From contig CM120644.1 of the NCBI GenBank assembly GCA_051362555.1, positions 7,696,954 to 7,760,953 on the forward strand: DNA of 64,000 nucleotides, given 5' to 3'. Each line of letters opens with the position of its first letter. The first letter of the stretch is position 1. Source of the stretch: Lingula anatina. Taxonomy: Eukaryota; Animalia; Brachiopoda. This document shows positions 38,703 through 51,062 of the stretch, in pieces. The position numbers and the translations under genes were made by a program. The notes beneath the pieces were generated by a model. The model was not told where the DNA came from, ran no database searches, and worked only from the letters and a program-made list of their open reading frames with translations.

Positions 38703-40345
38703 TTATACTGATATCCCAACCCAAGTCGGCAAAAAATAATCCTCGTGGTTAGTTTCGTAGAATATTTTGGTGTTTTTCAGAGGCCAGTCTTTGTAGTAAA
38801 CGGCGTCGCCTCTCGCCAACCATGCACCCCACCACGAGTACGTCCCCACTGACATGATGGTGTGATTACAACTTGCCAGAAGAGCCAGGTCTAAGGCGCC
38901 ATCCTTAGCGAAGGAGCTATAAATAACACGTGGGTGTTGGACGTTGTCTTTGCACCATGCAAGATCATCAGAAACGACCACGAAAACTATATTGTTGTAC
39001 CTAGTTTCGAAATAAGCCATAGCTTTGGCGAAGTAGCCTGGTGGGGCGACGTTATAACCCTTGTCACTATTAAGCGTCATGCTCTTGCCGTGACGAACGT
39101 GAACGCCTACGTATACAACGTCGCCTTTGGCGGCATCCACGCCGACAGAAGAAGCTCCCGTAGTTAGGAAGTCGTCGATTTTGTTTCGGAATTCAAGCTC
39201 CTTTCTAAATCGAAAGTGTCGTCTCAATTCATCTCCAACGTCTTTGAAATATTTCCACGACTGGAAATAGGTTTTTAATTGGACACTCTTGCGTAGCGCG
39301 TGAAGTCCCTCCGTCCTGTTGTCGTAGAAGGCATATTGCTTCTCGTGGAATTTAGCCATTGCCGCACCTGCCGGCATTTCTCGTGGGACGCTCTCTGGGA
39401 TTTGAAATATTTTTCTGAGTATATCATTGCTTTGTAAAACAGGCGTCATGCCATTAGTTCGAGCGATGCCAATAAGAGAAGCATAGGCGAACATGTGGTT
39501 ACACAACTGTCCTTTGAATTTGACCATAATAAAATGAGTTGACTTTTTCTCAGTAGCTGGTTGTTTTATTGGGAGTGCCACGTGCTGGTGAGTAACGTTA
39601 GCTTTGTAGGGTGGCAGTGGTGTCGATGGTGGTAGTGTCCTTTCAGCCTCTCTGCGGGATTTCGATATATTTCGTAATGGAAACGTCCTTTCAACCTCTC
39701 TGCGGGATTCCGATATATTTCGTAATGGAAACGTCTTTTCAACCTCTCTGCGGGATTCTGATATATTTCGTAATGGAAACCAGTCCGTTTTCGAAAAAAG
39801 TTGAAGTCTAAATTGGGTGATGATGTAAACATAAAGCGCAAAAATCATAAGTCCTATTAACGGCGTACGCCACTTGCCAGGCTTCAAGACCGCCCATAGA
39901 TCTACATTTGAAAAAAAAAAAAAAATGAAACAATATTAACACTCTAAGTCACCTCGACAAACAACAGTATCGAGACGTAGAATAATTTTCCACCACAGGC
40001 AATAACACATACAGGCAATAACACATATATCCTAAAAGATTTTTGATTTTAATAGTAAGATAGGTCAGCCTCTGATAATGAAAATCTTAGTGGAGTAACA
40101 ATAAATCTTATTGAGACCACACAAAATTCATACATACATGTACGATTATATGAAAACTTACATCTATTAACGATGTAAAACAATGATCCAGTTAGATCAT
40201 ACTGACAGTCCCGCTGTAGAAAACTCTCTTCTCTCTGATTGCCCCTATACCCAACATATCAAGCTAATCCAATATCAAGTTTACTCTTAATCTATGTGCT
40301 TAACTTTCAGTAAAACTTACACTGAAAGTGTCTTCTATAAAGCAT
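38703..40345 (-). CDS. Galactoside alpha-1,2-fucosyltransferase-like (GT11 family) type II membrane protein, ~407 aa
   Basis: Short first exon 40345-40321 (MLYRRHFQ, donor GTAAG, phase 1) plus large exon 39901-38703. TM segment LIGLMIFALYVYII, stem, then GT11 motifs GQLCNHMFAYASL, YFQSWKYF, YVGVHVRHG, FVVVSDDLAWC, DLALLASCNHTIMSVGTYSWWGAWL, DYFLPTW. Confidence 0.9.
39637..39780 (-). repeat. Coding 48-bp repeat x3 in fucosyltransferase stem
   Basis: Encodes FPLRNISESRREVEKT / FPLRNISESRREVERT / FPLRNISKSRREAERT. Confidence 0.9.
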
Positions 40346-40648
40346 GGTCCCAATATGATAGTAATTGGTTATCTACACCTCCGATCCATACAGTTTAGTC
40401 AACGGCATGCAAGCTGTTGTGCATATATACTAGTATATTGTGTGTACCAGTATGCTATTCGGGGATTCCGTGGTTTCAAAGACATCAATTATAAATAAGC
40501 AAAGAATGCGACCTTAGGAGTCGTCAATACTAAAGCATACAGAATATTTTAATATGCGTCATTCTGCATTAAGCCGCCAGCCTCTTTTTCAGTTGGTTAA
40601 CAAGGGCATACTTCTTTACTGCAAGGTACATTTACACGCATATTACAA

Positions 40649-40702
<54 letters not shown>
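40649..40702. repeat. (AAT)n microsatellite
   Basis: Directly visible. Confidence 0.9.
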
Positions 40703-40704
<2 letters not shown>

Positions 40705-42290
40705 AGTTTTGATACAGTGACTGTAATGTAACCGGCCTGAGTATAGTTCGCACTTACAAATTAATATTTGTTTCAAGACACTTTTCTATTCGTGTCTTTC
40801 AATGTCTCTTGTCGCTGTTTTAAAGAGAATTAAAAAGCTTTTTCATTTAAAGAAATTCGGTTAACTTGTACAATTCAGTTTTAATTACTTTTGTAGTAGT
40901 TTTTGATTTATCTGTGCTTAGGTTTTATATACATAGGTACATGTAAACAGCGCTGAGACGCATGTGTAGCACGGTTTTAAGAAATGAATTATTATTATTA
41001 TTATTATAATCATTATTATTATTATTATTCTCTGCATGTGGTCATATTGTCCTGTCTGTTCTCAGATGCAGTATCCTTAACTCTTTCCTGATTCTGGTAA
41101 AATTCAAATTTTATAATATTCCCAAACATCCCAGTTACTTCACTCTGGTTTATTTTGGGCTTCCGTTGTTTTCGCTTTGAACTGATTCAAGATGTGTACC
41201 CCATTTTGTTGCTGTGTACACGAATTCCAATAATTCTCCGTGTTATGTGCATTATTCTGCCTATCCACGGTGTGCATAAAAAACTTTATAACACGGACTA
41301 AAAAGTTCGGACACCTAAATTATCCCTACTTGCACCGGGTGTATGACCGCATTTCTGGAAGTGTACTAGTACTTCATTTTCAAATGAAAATGTAATCAGT
41401 GGGATTAGGGGGGGTGGTGGCATTGCGCTAATCACCTACATGTATTTCGTGAAAAAAAGTTGCAGATGCTGCGTTGGTAGTCACTGCACATATGTACAAA
41501 AGATGGGAATGACTTATAACCGGAGCGCATGAAGTGTCACCCTCAACGAGAAGACTGATACTTTTTTTTACATTTTGAACTTACAGCATGGGCGATATTG
41601 TTAGTGAACAGGCCACTGCCCATAATACAACGCAGTAAGAGAAATATGGCTGCTTAATATTCGTGTTGTTGAAGTTAACAAATGTCCTTTTGTTCCTTGA
41701 TTTCGTCTGAAAACATCTAATTCCTAATGCAAAAATGTCAAGCTTATATTCAATGCTTTTATTGTCTGAAATAAGTTGGTTAATAGAAGACAAAAACATA
41801 CATAAAACATACAACAAAGTCGGGCTGGTATGGAGTTGCGTAAAGATATAATGGCAATTTTGATGATTTATATATACTGATGTTATAATTACTGGCGCTC
41901 TTCTTTTCTTGGAAGGGGCCCCCTTGGTTTGCGGCTCGCATTTTCTTGTCACGACAACGCTTTGGGAGACTTAAGCGTTTGGAGCGTGAATTCCCCCCTC
42001 TCTCTCCATAATATCACCTCTCTCTCCATAATATGTGTGGACTAATAAGGCAAGATCCACACTAAATAAAACAGCCATTTCGTCGCCTATGCAGCCCGTA
42101 CCTTGTAGTACAGTGGGGATTACATGTACAAGCGGTTTATACACATATCTTTAAAGACGTTTAATCTCAAAGAGAAAATAATAATTTTAAAACGTATATG
42201 CCTATAAATAATATTGTTTTATCAAGATCATTGTAAATAACCAAAAAAGCAGTTATTGCAGTTCATTCCAATGCCTTGAGAAGCCACCAA

Positions 42291-43640
42291 TTAGTAATAA
42301 TCCTCAAACGGCATATTTCCATGTCGATTATGCTGATGCGTTACTCCATATACGGGCCTCCTTTGCAAATGTCCATAAATGGAATAAACGGGTTTCCTGT
42401 AAGTGGACGTCATAAAGTTCGAGTAGGGATACAAATTGGGCTCGTGTGTAGTTGTCCAAATTCGGTTCATTCCTCGTGCTCGTGTCGCTTCTCCTTCTGT
42501 GCAGCCGTTAAAGAAATAGTCCTTCTCGGACATTGGCCAATCGGCACCGGATCGCGACCAGCGTCGCAAGTTGCACGTGCCCGGTTGGTACATCCATGGT
42601 CGCTGTCCTGGCTCACGAGGGTCAACCTTCCTCAGTTCTTCCTTGACATCGCGGCTCAGAGGGAATCCGTTGTCGTACCACTTGTCCTGCCAGTTCTGGA
42701 AATAAAGGAATCATCCTACTATGGATTTTGCATGACCACAAGCTACTTGTACCTGGTACAAGTAGAAATTAATTCCATGAGTCAGAGAGACAGTCTTTTG
42801 GTGAAGGATAGGAAATATTAGTCAAGATATCTGATACGTGTGCATCTGTCTGGAATATGTTCCGTTTCACTGTTAATTCTTGACATTCACAATGACCATT
42901 CATTTCATTTTGCGAAGAATCGTAAATAAATGAAGGTCTCGTTATCAAAATACATCAAACAATGACTAATGACTATTTTGACAAAGAAAGCTATCCTGTT
43001 CTACCTTAAATATTATGATAAATTAATATTATGATCTGTTTGCAAATAGTATACTAACATGAGTAACGTAATGCTACCTTTGTAAGTACATGTACCCCCA
43101 GCATTATCTATTTAATAATTCTGTTTAATAAATTAATATAATAGTATATCCTGTATGATTTTGCAGATCACAAGCCTACCTGGTAAGACTGCCTGCCTAG
43201 AGGTCTAGTGTACTTCTCAGGAACCTCGCGCCTGCAATTCAAATACGGTGCAAATGAAAATTATAATTCCAACAGTCAAATGAGTATAAAATTTTGAAGC
43301 GAAGCCGACCCCCCCCCCCCACCCCCCTTGACGTGGGATTCGGGGCCCGAATTTTTTTGGTATTTTAGAGGGTGAACGGTGTCCTTTGGTACGTTTTAGA
43401 ACTATGATTCAGTCAGTCAAAATTCTAATTTCAAGAGGGACCGTTGTTTTTTGTTCAGAAATCGAAGGGGGATGGGGGGTGGGCGGGACCCCCCTGACCC
43501 CCCCCCCCCAAAAAAAAAAAAATCCACCAATATGTACAAGTATTGGGTGTACAGTACTAGTGATATGGGGGTTCGTGAAATGCCTGTACATGTGAACTGA
43601 TTCTTAAGGAAAGAAACAATGCAGGAAGAATCAACTAAAG

Positions 43641-43678
<38 letters not shown>

Positions 43679-43971
43679 TCGAACTGAAAGCAAGAAGAGG
43701 GGAGGATACTCGACGAAATGACATCTAGCGTTCATACATATATCAGGAACTGTAAATGAATGGATAGGGTGATTTTCGTGCTACATGTACATGTAGCAGA
43801 AACAACCTCACGAAAATATATGATATGAGCACATTAGTTTTAATGCGACAAAATGCATGGCACTTACCTGAACATATCAGGTGGCATGGGGTACTTTGGA
43901 ACATTAGGCGGCACGTTAGTCCAGTACGGGTATTTCAGTTGATTTGTATTGTACACTGTCTGGGCAGCCAT
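42291..43971 (-). CDS. Uncharacterised 186-aa Tyr/Pro/Arg/Trp-rich protein (3 exons)
   Basis: Exons 43971-43868 (MAAQTVYNTNQLKYPYWTNVPPNVPKYPMPPDMF, phase 2), 43231-43180 (phase 0) and 42695-42291 join in frame with canonical splice sites. No recognisable domain. Confidence 0.72.
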
Positions 43972-44486
43972 GGTCAACGTTCTCTTGTCTCTGTTCACCC
44001 CAAACTCGCACCTTGTTTGGTTTCGGTCGCTTAGCTCATTCGTTGTCAACACACTCTTAACGCTTTGATTTTGGACGCGCTTAAATTATGTTTTGTTTTT
44101 CACATGCGCCATTTTATTAAAAAAATAACTGAAAAAAATTTGATGTCATCACTCTTTCTGATTTTGTGTTTTTGAATGAATTACAGAGAAAAAAATCGTC
44201 ATTTCAGGTAACACGTGAGAATAATGTTGTTAAGCGTAACTAGGAAGTATGTGACGCGTAAACAATAGCCGCTTATAACAATTTAATACAGTGTTCTTTT
44301 ATTTTAGAATTTGAACAAAATTCAGTAATGTCGTCTGGAGAATAATAATTTAGAGATCCAATTTTAATGTATTGTGCATTTTGATACATAGCATAAACTT
44401 CTAAAGCTTCAAAGGCAACCAGTATTTACAAATATTTTATGTGTTGTAAGCGACCTCAGCGTATAGCAACAACAACACACGGCAAC

Positions 44487-46220
44487 ATGGCGGGGAACCC
44501 AGCTGTAGCACATCTACCTGTGTCTTTAACATGGTCCCACGTGAGAGAACGACCGCCACCACTGGCAAGCATGCCAGCGATGTGGTAAGTGTTATCTCTG
44601 GTCTTTAAACCATAAATAAACTCGACTAAAAAAACCCGGTGAAGTTAAGTGTAGCACTCTAAGTGAAATAATTTTAATGGTCTTATCATCATGCACTGTA
44701 ACTATATATATATATATATATCCCAGTACATGCAATGATTTCTAGTAAAAGATCAACAATGTTATTTACTGACAAACATGACAACGGTGTACTTTTAGGG
44801 TTATTCATCATGCATATGAAGAGTCCTACAGAAATATCCCGCGTTCTTATAAATATAATAATAAATTGCAAATGCTAACAAAAGAATTCATTTCAAAAAT
44901 GCGTTTTCAAATAATAATAATAAAGGATTGAATGAAAAGTAATACTAAAACTTGTTCAAAAATCGTATTTCTCTCTTTCAAAGGCAAGCCAAACACCACC
45001 TCCACCCACCATACCACAGCAGTCACTGTGATCACGCCAAGGTAAGCTGACACTGCTTTATTAACTCTAGCTGGTACTCACTAGTTAATATTCACATGGC
45101 AGAAGAAATGTGTTCATTCTAATGTAAAAGGGACAGTATTTTATTTATATTCATCAGACATAAGCCTAGGTTTCCAAAAAAAAAAAAAAAAATCTGAACA
45201 TTTATCGAATCTCAGACAAGACGAATCTCAGGAACCATCAGAATTGAATTAAAAAACGCAGAACTTCGTGTTTCCAAGGAAAAAAAACCCTCATGTCTGA
45301 TTCATAGGCCTGGCTATATTTTACTTTGGAGTTCAAGTAACTAAAATAAAAAAAGGTGAAAAATAAAAATACATTCATACACGTAGCAAAAATTTAAAAG
45401 ATGTTACATATCATTACAAAAATTAACATAAAACAATAACGTAATTGCTGAACTTATTTTTGCATGTTACTAAAAGAAACACAAAAGGTGTTTTTTGTAA
45501 AAAAAAAAAAAAATCAATACTATTTCCACAGTAGTTGCCAAACTTTTTTTACCTTTCTTACTTTGCCTTTGTAATCATAGATTTTTTCCTGTTCGTAGGG
45601 AGGCTGGAAAAAGTGGTCTATGGGATGTGCAGGCCAACATGGCGACTGGCACGCTGCCAGACCCTTTGCTTATGAACCAGACTGGTATACAAGAAAGGTG
45701 GACTATATCAGAGAAGGTAAAAATAACCTCAATTCTTATGGAGAACTATTAAATTACACCAATAAAAGTGTAATTAGACAAATGTTTTAAATTTGCACTG
45801 GGCATATTTTAAGACATAAAGAGGCGCTTCATTAGCTGTACTATATAAATGTGATTGATAACAATAATGATAAAATAATAAAACAATAAATAAATTTAAA
45901 ATAACTGTCAACTTTTTTGATGTTTTAAGTGACCTGATTTTGTTATCATCAGAAAATAATATTACTTTGCAGGCAACTACAAGTACAGGTCTTGGCCCTG
46001 GGATCAAGCATCACACGCCACCACACGCAAAGGGGACGGAATACGCACATTCACAAACGAGACCATACGACGTGAGGTATTAGAGCCACGTAACATAGGC
46101 TACACAGGAACTCCACAGCAATTCCCGTATGAGGTCCCACCACCAAAGTGGGGCTTGTACCATCCACATAACTATGAAGAACCAATCAGGTTCAACCATT
46201 TTCCTCCAATCAGAGGGTGA
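44487..46220 (+). CDS. Uncharacterised 173-aa His/Pro/Trp/Tyr-rich protein (4 exons)
   Basis: Exons 44487-44584 (AACATGG start, MAGNPAVAHLPVSLTWSHV..), 44984-45041, 45599-45716 (GGWKKWSMGCAGQHGDWHAARPFAYEPDWY..), 45973-46220 (stop TGA) splice in frame with GT-AG sites. Not in the ORF track because the exons are short or lack a start codon. Confidence 0.75.
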
Positions 46221-47498
46221 AAACATTCAAAATGCAGACTGTCTTTATCATATGTCATTATTTGCATTTGCATTCCCCTCTTTTTTTGCTTTCTTAAAAA
46301 AGATTTTTACCATTGAAATTTATAATGATGACTGCTATTGTGTCAGTTTAAAACAGAGATCCCTTTTGATAACTTTCTTTTGGTCATGATCATTTATAAG
46401 GATTTCTGACTAACCAATCCACCACTGTGACACTGCATGTGACAAAACAAATAGGGAATGCTATATGTTCAAGCAGCAAGCTTTTTCATCAACACAAAAG
46501 ATAAATGATAAAAGAAAGCATTGCAATGTCCCCAAATACTTGGGAGGGGGATCACGGTTCTCTAGAGCACTGAAAGCAATTTCAAAGCAGTTTTCAGTCT
46601 AGCTGCTAATCAAATATTAGCGTGCATAAATTGATAAATATATATGCTAAAGTCAATATATCCCACCTTCATAATGCAAGCCTTTCACTACAAACTTCAT
46701 CTAAGTTAAAAAAGAAGAATGAAAGCCAGGAGATCTATGTGCCAAGTGTAACAATGCGCAGTAGCATGAAAGCACCAGAATAACTTTACATGTGTACCTT
46801 ACAGTAGTGTCAGTTACCGCCTGCTGGTGTCAACTTTTAATTTGGGTCTGTGGGTGCTTTTGTAAAGCTCCCAGTTGAATCTTTTTCAAAACTAATAACA
46901 ACAAATAAGCTGCTATAACTGCAGACACGTCTGATGGTAGAAGTGGTGACATGTTGTACATTATTCATGACTGTATGACATGCTGGTATGTTCATTCTAA
47001 GACGAATTTTAAAAAAGTCAGACCACCTTAATATGTGATATGTTTCTCTATTCGCTTGGTGAAATTGCCTGGTTTCTATTATAGCAATTACATGATTTAT
47101 TATTCACCATCATGCATTTCATATTGATATGGATGACTTAAGTCTTTTTTTGTTATGTATGTTTATTGTATTCAAACTGCAAAGTTTGTCTTGCCACTAT
47201 ATGTGTATATGTCCTTATTAATAAAGCTAATTATATGTAACATACAGGGTTTTGTGACTGACTAGAATATTACAAAATTTTCTTTAAAAAAATACATTAA
47301 ATGAGTGGTACTACAGCAAGAACTGTTTCCACATAATTAAATGAGTACTTTTTATAAACTACAAAAACAGCTTTATTTATGTTTGTCATAAAATGACATT
47401 CTTTTACTACAAGTCTCAGGGCTATGTTTAGTTACTTTAATGGCGCCGTTTGAATCCCTCTGGTTACAGAAAAATTGCCAAGACCATCCAAAGGTTTT

Positions 47499-50400
47499 TC
47501 ACCTTTTCAAATATCCAACCTGAAAAAATATTATACCGAGGTAAGTAATCAATCTTCAGAAGAAGTAGTAATCAAAGGAAAATTTACATTTGAATTCTGA
47601 CTAAAGTTAATGCCAGAGTTGATGAAGTGTTTCCAAACCCATTAGTTCCTACTTTCTTTCTATATTTCTGTTCGTATTACATTGAGGCACCATATGACAT
47701 TCTACTTGTAGTTACCAGGGGCGGATCCAGAGATATTTTCTGACAGTCTTTCAAATCATCTTTGTTGAACCATCCTCCATTTTGACCGTCTTCCGATAGA
47801 GAAAAATTAGATACCCATCAATGTATATTTGAAAATCTGACTGTCTTCTGGAAGACTCAAAAGACAGCCTCAATCCGCCCCTGGTTACAACAACAACAAT
47901 AAAAAAAAAAAAAAATCTTGTCAACAGACAGCCAAAACCACAATTATAACTGTTGCTGAAAAATAAAACAACAACAACTACAACAAAAAATAATAAATAA
48001 ATAATAATAATAACAAGAAATAAATATATAAAAGATTTGTATTTTTTCAACCATTCTTTTACTTTCTCTGACTTACATAAAAATCACTGGCCATCCTTAG
48101 AGACTGAGGTAAGATCTTGGTACTGCTAACAAGAGATGAAAACAGTGTAAGGCAGCTGGACTTGGGAAGATCTACACACTGCACTGTATCATCTTGTAGC
48201 CAGGTGCTAACTGTGCTGAAATAGATAAGAAACATTTCTCTTACACTCTTCAACTTTTCAAATTCTACACTTACTTGAGCTGTGCCTTAACAAAGCCTTC
48301 AATTAGTACTGTGACCTTCATCAGTGTGTGTTACTATAAAAGATTTGTTTAGGCACAGATCAAGTAATTCTCGAAATTGAAAAAGTTTAAAGAGTGTAAC
48401 ATTTTTGTAATCAAAAGACTACACATACGAATTTGCATATAAAAAAGAATTCTGCTGACCACTGTGATACAAGTATGAGACAAGAACTTTAAAAAATCAC
48501 ACTGAACAACTTTCTAGTCTAGTTTAAAACACTGTATCTCCCTATTAGAAACTTTATCCAGTCTGAAAACACCAAAAAGTCATTAACTAAACAAAATTGT
48601 GTGTCTGGAATTGTGAAATACAACAGGATCACTAAAATAAATACATAAATAAATAAATTAATATATTATCAATCTCGTCATAACAGAAAAAAAAATAGTG
48701 AAAAATATCATTTTTATTGATTTTTAAAAAACACACCTGTTGCCTGGATTGTCTCCACAGTACTGGTAAAGCACTTTCACCATGAGATCAGGGTGAACTT
48801 TGACCTTCTGTGAGCCACTGTCACCTATTGAGGACAAAGCCACCTGGGCACACTGGTCAAGAATCCAAAACTAAAAGTGGAGAATATCATGCTTTAATGC
48901 GGAGATCATTCATTTTCAAAGAAAAAAATATATATTAATTTCATTACATAAGTAAAGCTGGTCTCAATGCCTAGTGTCAGTCAGCAGTCAGAGCTTACTT
49001 GAAATTCACCTCTGTCATTTACATAAATCAGCTGTGGGTAGAGTGAAGTCATGGTCTGAGAGGCATAGATTTATATTTAACCAATGGACATTTATTAAGC
49101 CTAAAACATTTATTCATTTCAGGAACCATAAAAATGACCATTATCCCATGTGTTTGTTTTCCATAGCCCCACTGAATTCATTAAAGGGATAATAACTCTT
49201 CGTATGAGATCTATATTTCACAATAAAAACCTTGTGAATAACTCATAGAAATATAATTTATTCTGTTTTACCACAAAAACAGCAGTTATAGCTTTTATTC
49301 TGATATCTGAACTTGTCTTTAGACCACATGACCTCCATTGATGGCTATACTCTGTTAAAATCTCTTAAGAGATTTTAACAAAAAACCAAACTTTTTAGAA
49401 AAAAAACAGGGACTAACTTTGAATGTAAAAATGGATTCATTAACCATTGGTAAGTATGGGAAAATTGTTGTTTACTCCAGGAAAATTCATTTTTTGGCCG
49501 AAACAAAGAGTTATTATTGCTTTAAGCTGGAAATGGGTGACCATCATAATTAAATCCAATCGCAGCTCTGAACTACAAGAAATCAATTGCTATACATCGG
49601 ATGCATTCTCCAAGTGTGATAACCTACTAGTAAGTATGGCTTTGGTTTATCTGCTGGCTGCCTGTGTTCTATGATAAACCTGAAGCTGGTATACCTGTTT
49701 GATAGATTTAACATGTACTGTGTCAGGGACACCTCTGTTGACTTGACTCTGGGGAAAAGATGAAATACAGTATACATTTATTTCAAGATCCAACTTTTTT
49801 TCTAAATTAGCACTGGCATGTCATTAGCAGATTGCTAAAATAAATTAGCTTTATTTGGCCAACCTAAGCAAAATTGATTTGTTGTAAAGTCAATGAAAAG
49901 TGTGTGCCATTTAAATACTGTTTTAAGGCAAGTTACAAGCTGAATATCTATGACCTCTATCCTACAAATGCAACATTCAGAAAATAATTCTACATAGTCA
50001 ACACTGCCATTTATAATGATGGGCTTCCAAAAAATGTCTTTCAAATTTATCTTCCCAAGGCTTGACATGTATTTAAAAATCCATATCATTATTATGGCTA
50101 AACTGTTTTACCTCTCTGGCTTATTTCCATGTGGTTTCAATGAGACTGCATGCAAAAATACTTTAACAGCTAACTGATCACCCAGATGAGTTCCTGAAAG
50201 TGCGATGAAATAAATAAATAAATATTGAAATAAAATTGTTACATTAAAATAGAATGAACAACAAACGGCAAAATTTCTACTATATTTGGTAATCTATGGC
50301 CATTTTCACCCCAACTGTTGCAGTGGTAATTTATAAATCACTGCAAATAATTGTGTAAAGAAATGAAGGTTTGCATGAGTGGATATACACCAAAATTCCT

Positions 50401-51023
50401 AAAAGATGCACTTAAAATTACAGAGTAACCTAACTTTTCATCTACAGATACATAAAAATATTATCTCGCTAAACGTCAAAGAATCTTCATAAACTTACCC
50501 ATCATTTCTCCAACTTCACTGTGACATCTTCGACATTTTAAAACATTGCTTTGATTTTTTCTCTCCACTGTCTCTCTGCTGATCTGACACGGGTGTATAA
50601 GACAATATGTATCACCAACAAAACAATCATCTTCTTTAGGCCGAAAAGGTGCCTTTTTCAACAAATCAATTGCTTCTTTGTTGCCATGGTGTTTGTTCCC
50701 ATGGTGAATGTCATCAGTTTGGCATTTACTGGCATTATCATTTTCACTAGGGCTGTCGCTAAGTTTATTGCTTTCAGTCCCGTTGCCATGACAACTGTTA
50801 CTAGCACCATGTTCATGTGTATGGGTATGGCAGAACCAGCTGTCAGCAAAATCAGCCCACCCTTCTGAAGGTAATGGCAAGACACGGTGAAATTTCCTAA
50901 AATGTTTAGACAAAGAAAATAAAATTTCCCAAAATATGAAATGTGAGCAGAATACAATCAAGTCAACTTGTAATATTGCTACATCATAAAAGAGAGGACT
51001 CGTACAGGGTACACTTGTTTTCA

Positions 51024-51062
<39 letters not shown>

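Noticed and set aside
42276-42821. 181-aa plus-strand ORF
   Set aside because: Antisense shadow of the spliced minus-strand exon 42695-42291; no splice or motif support.
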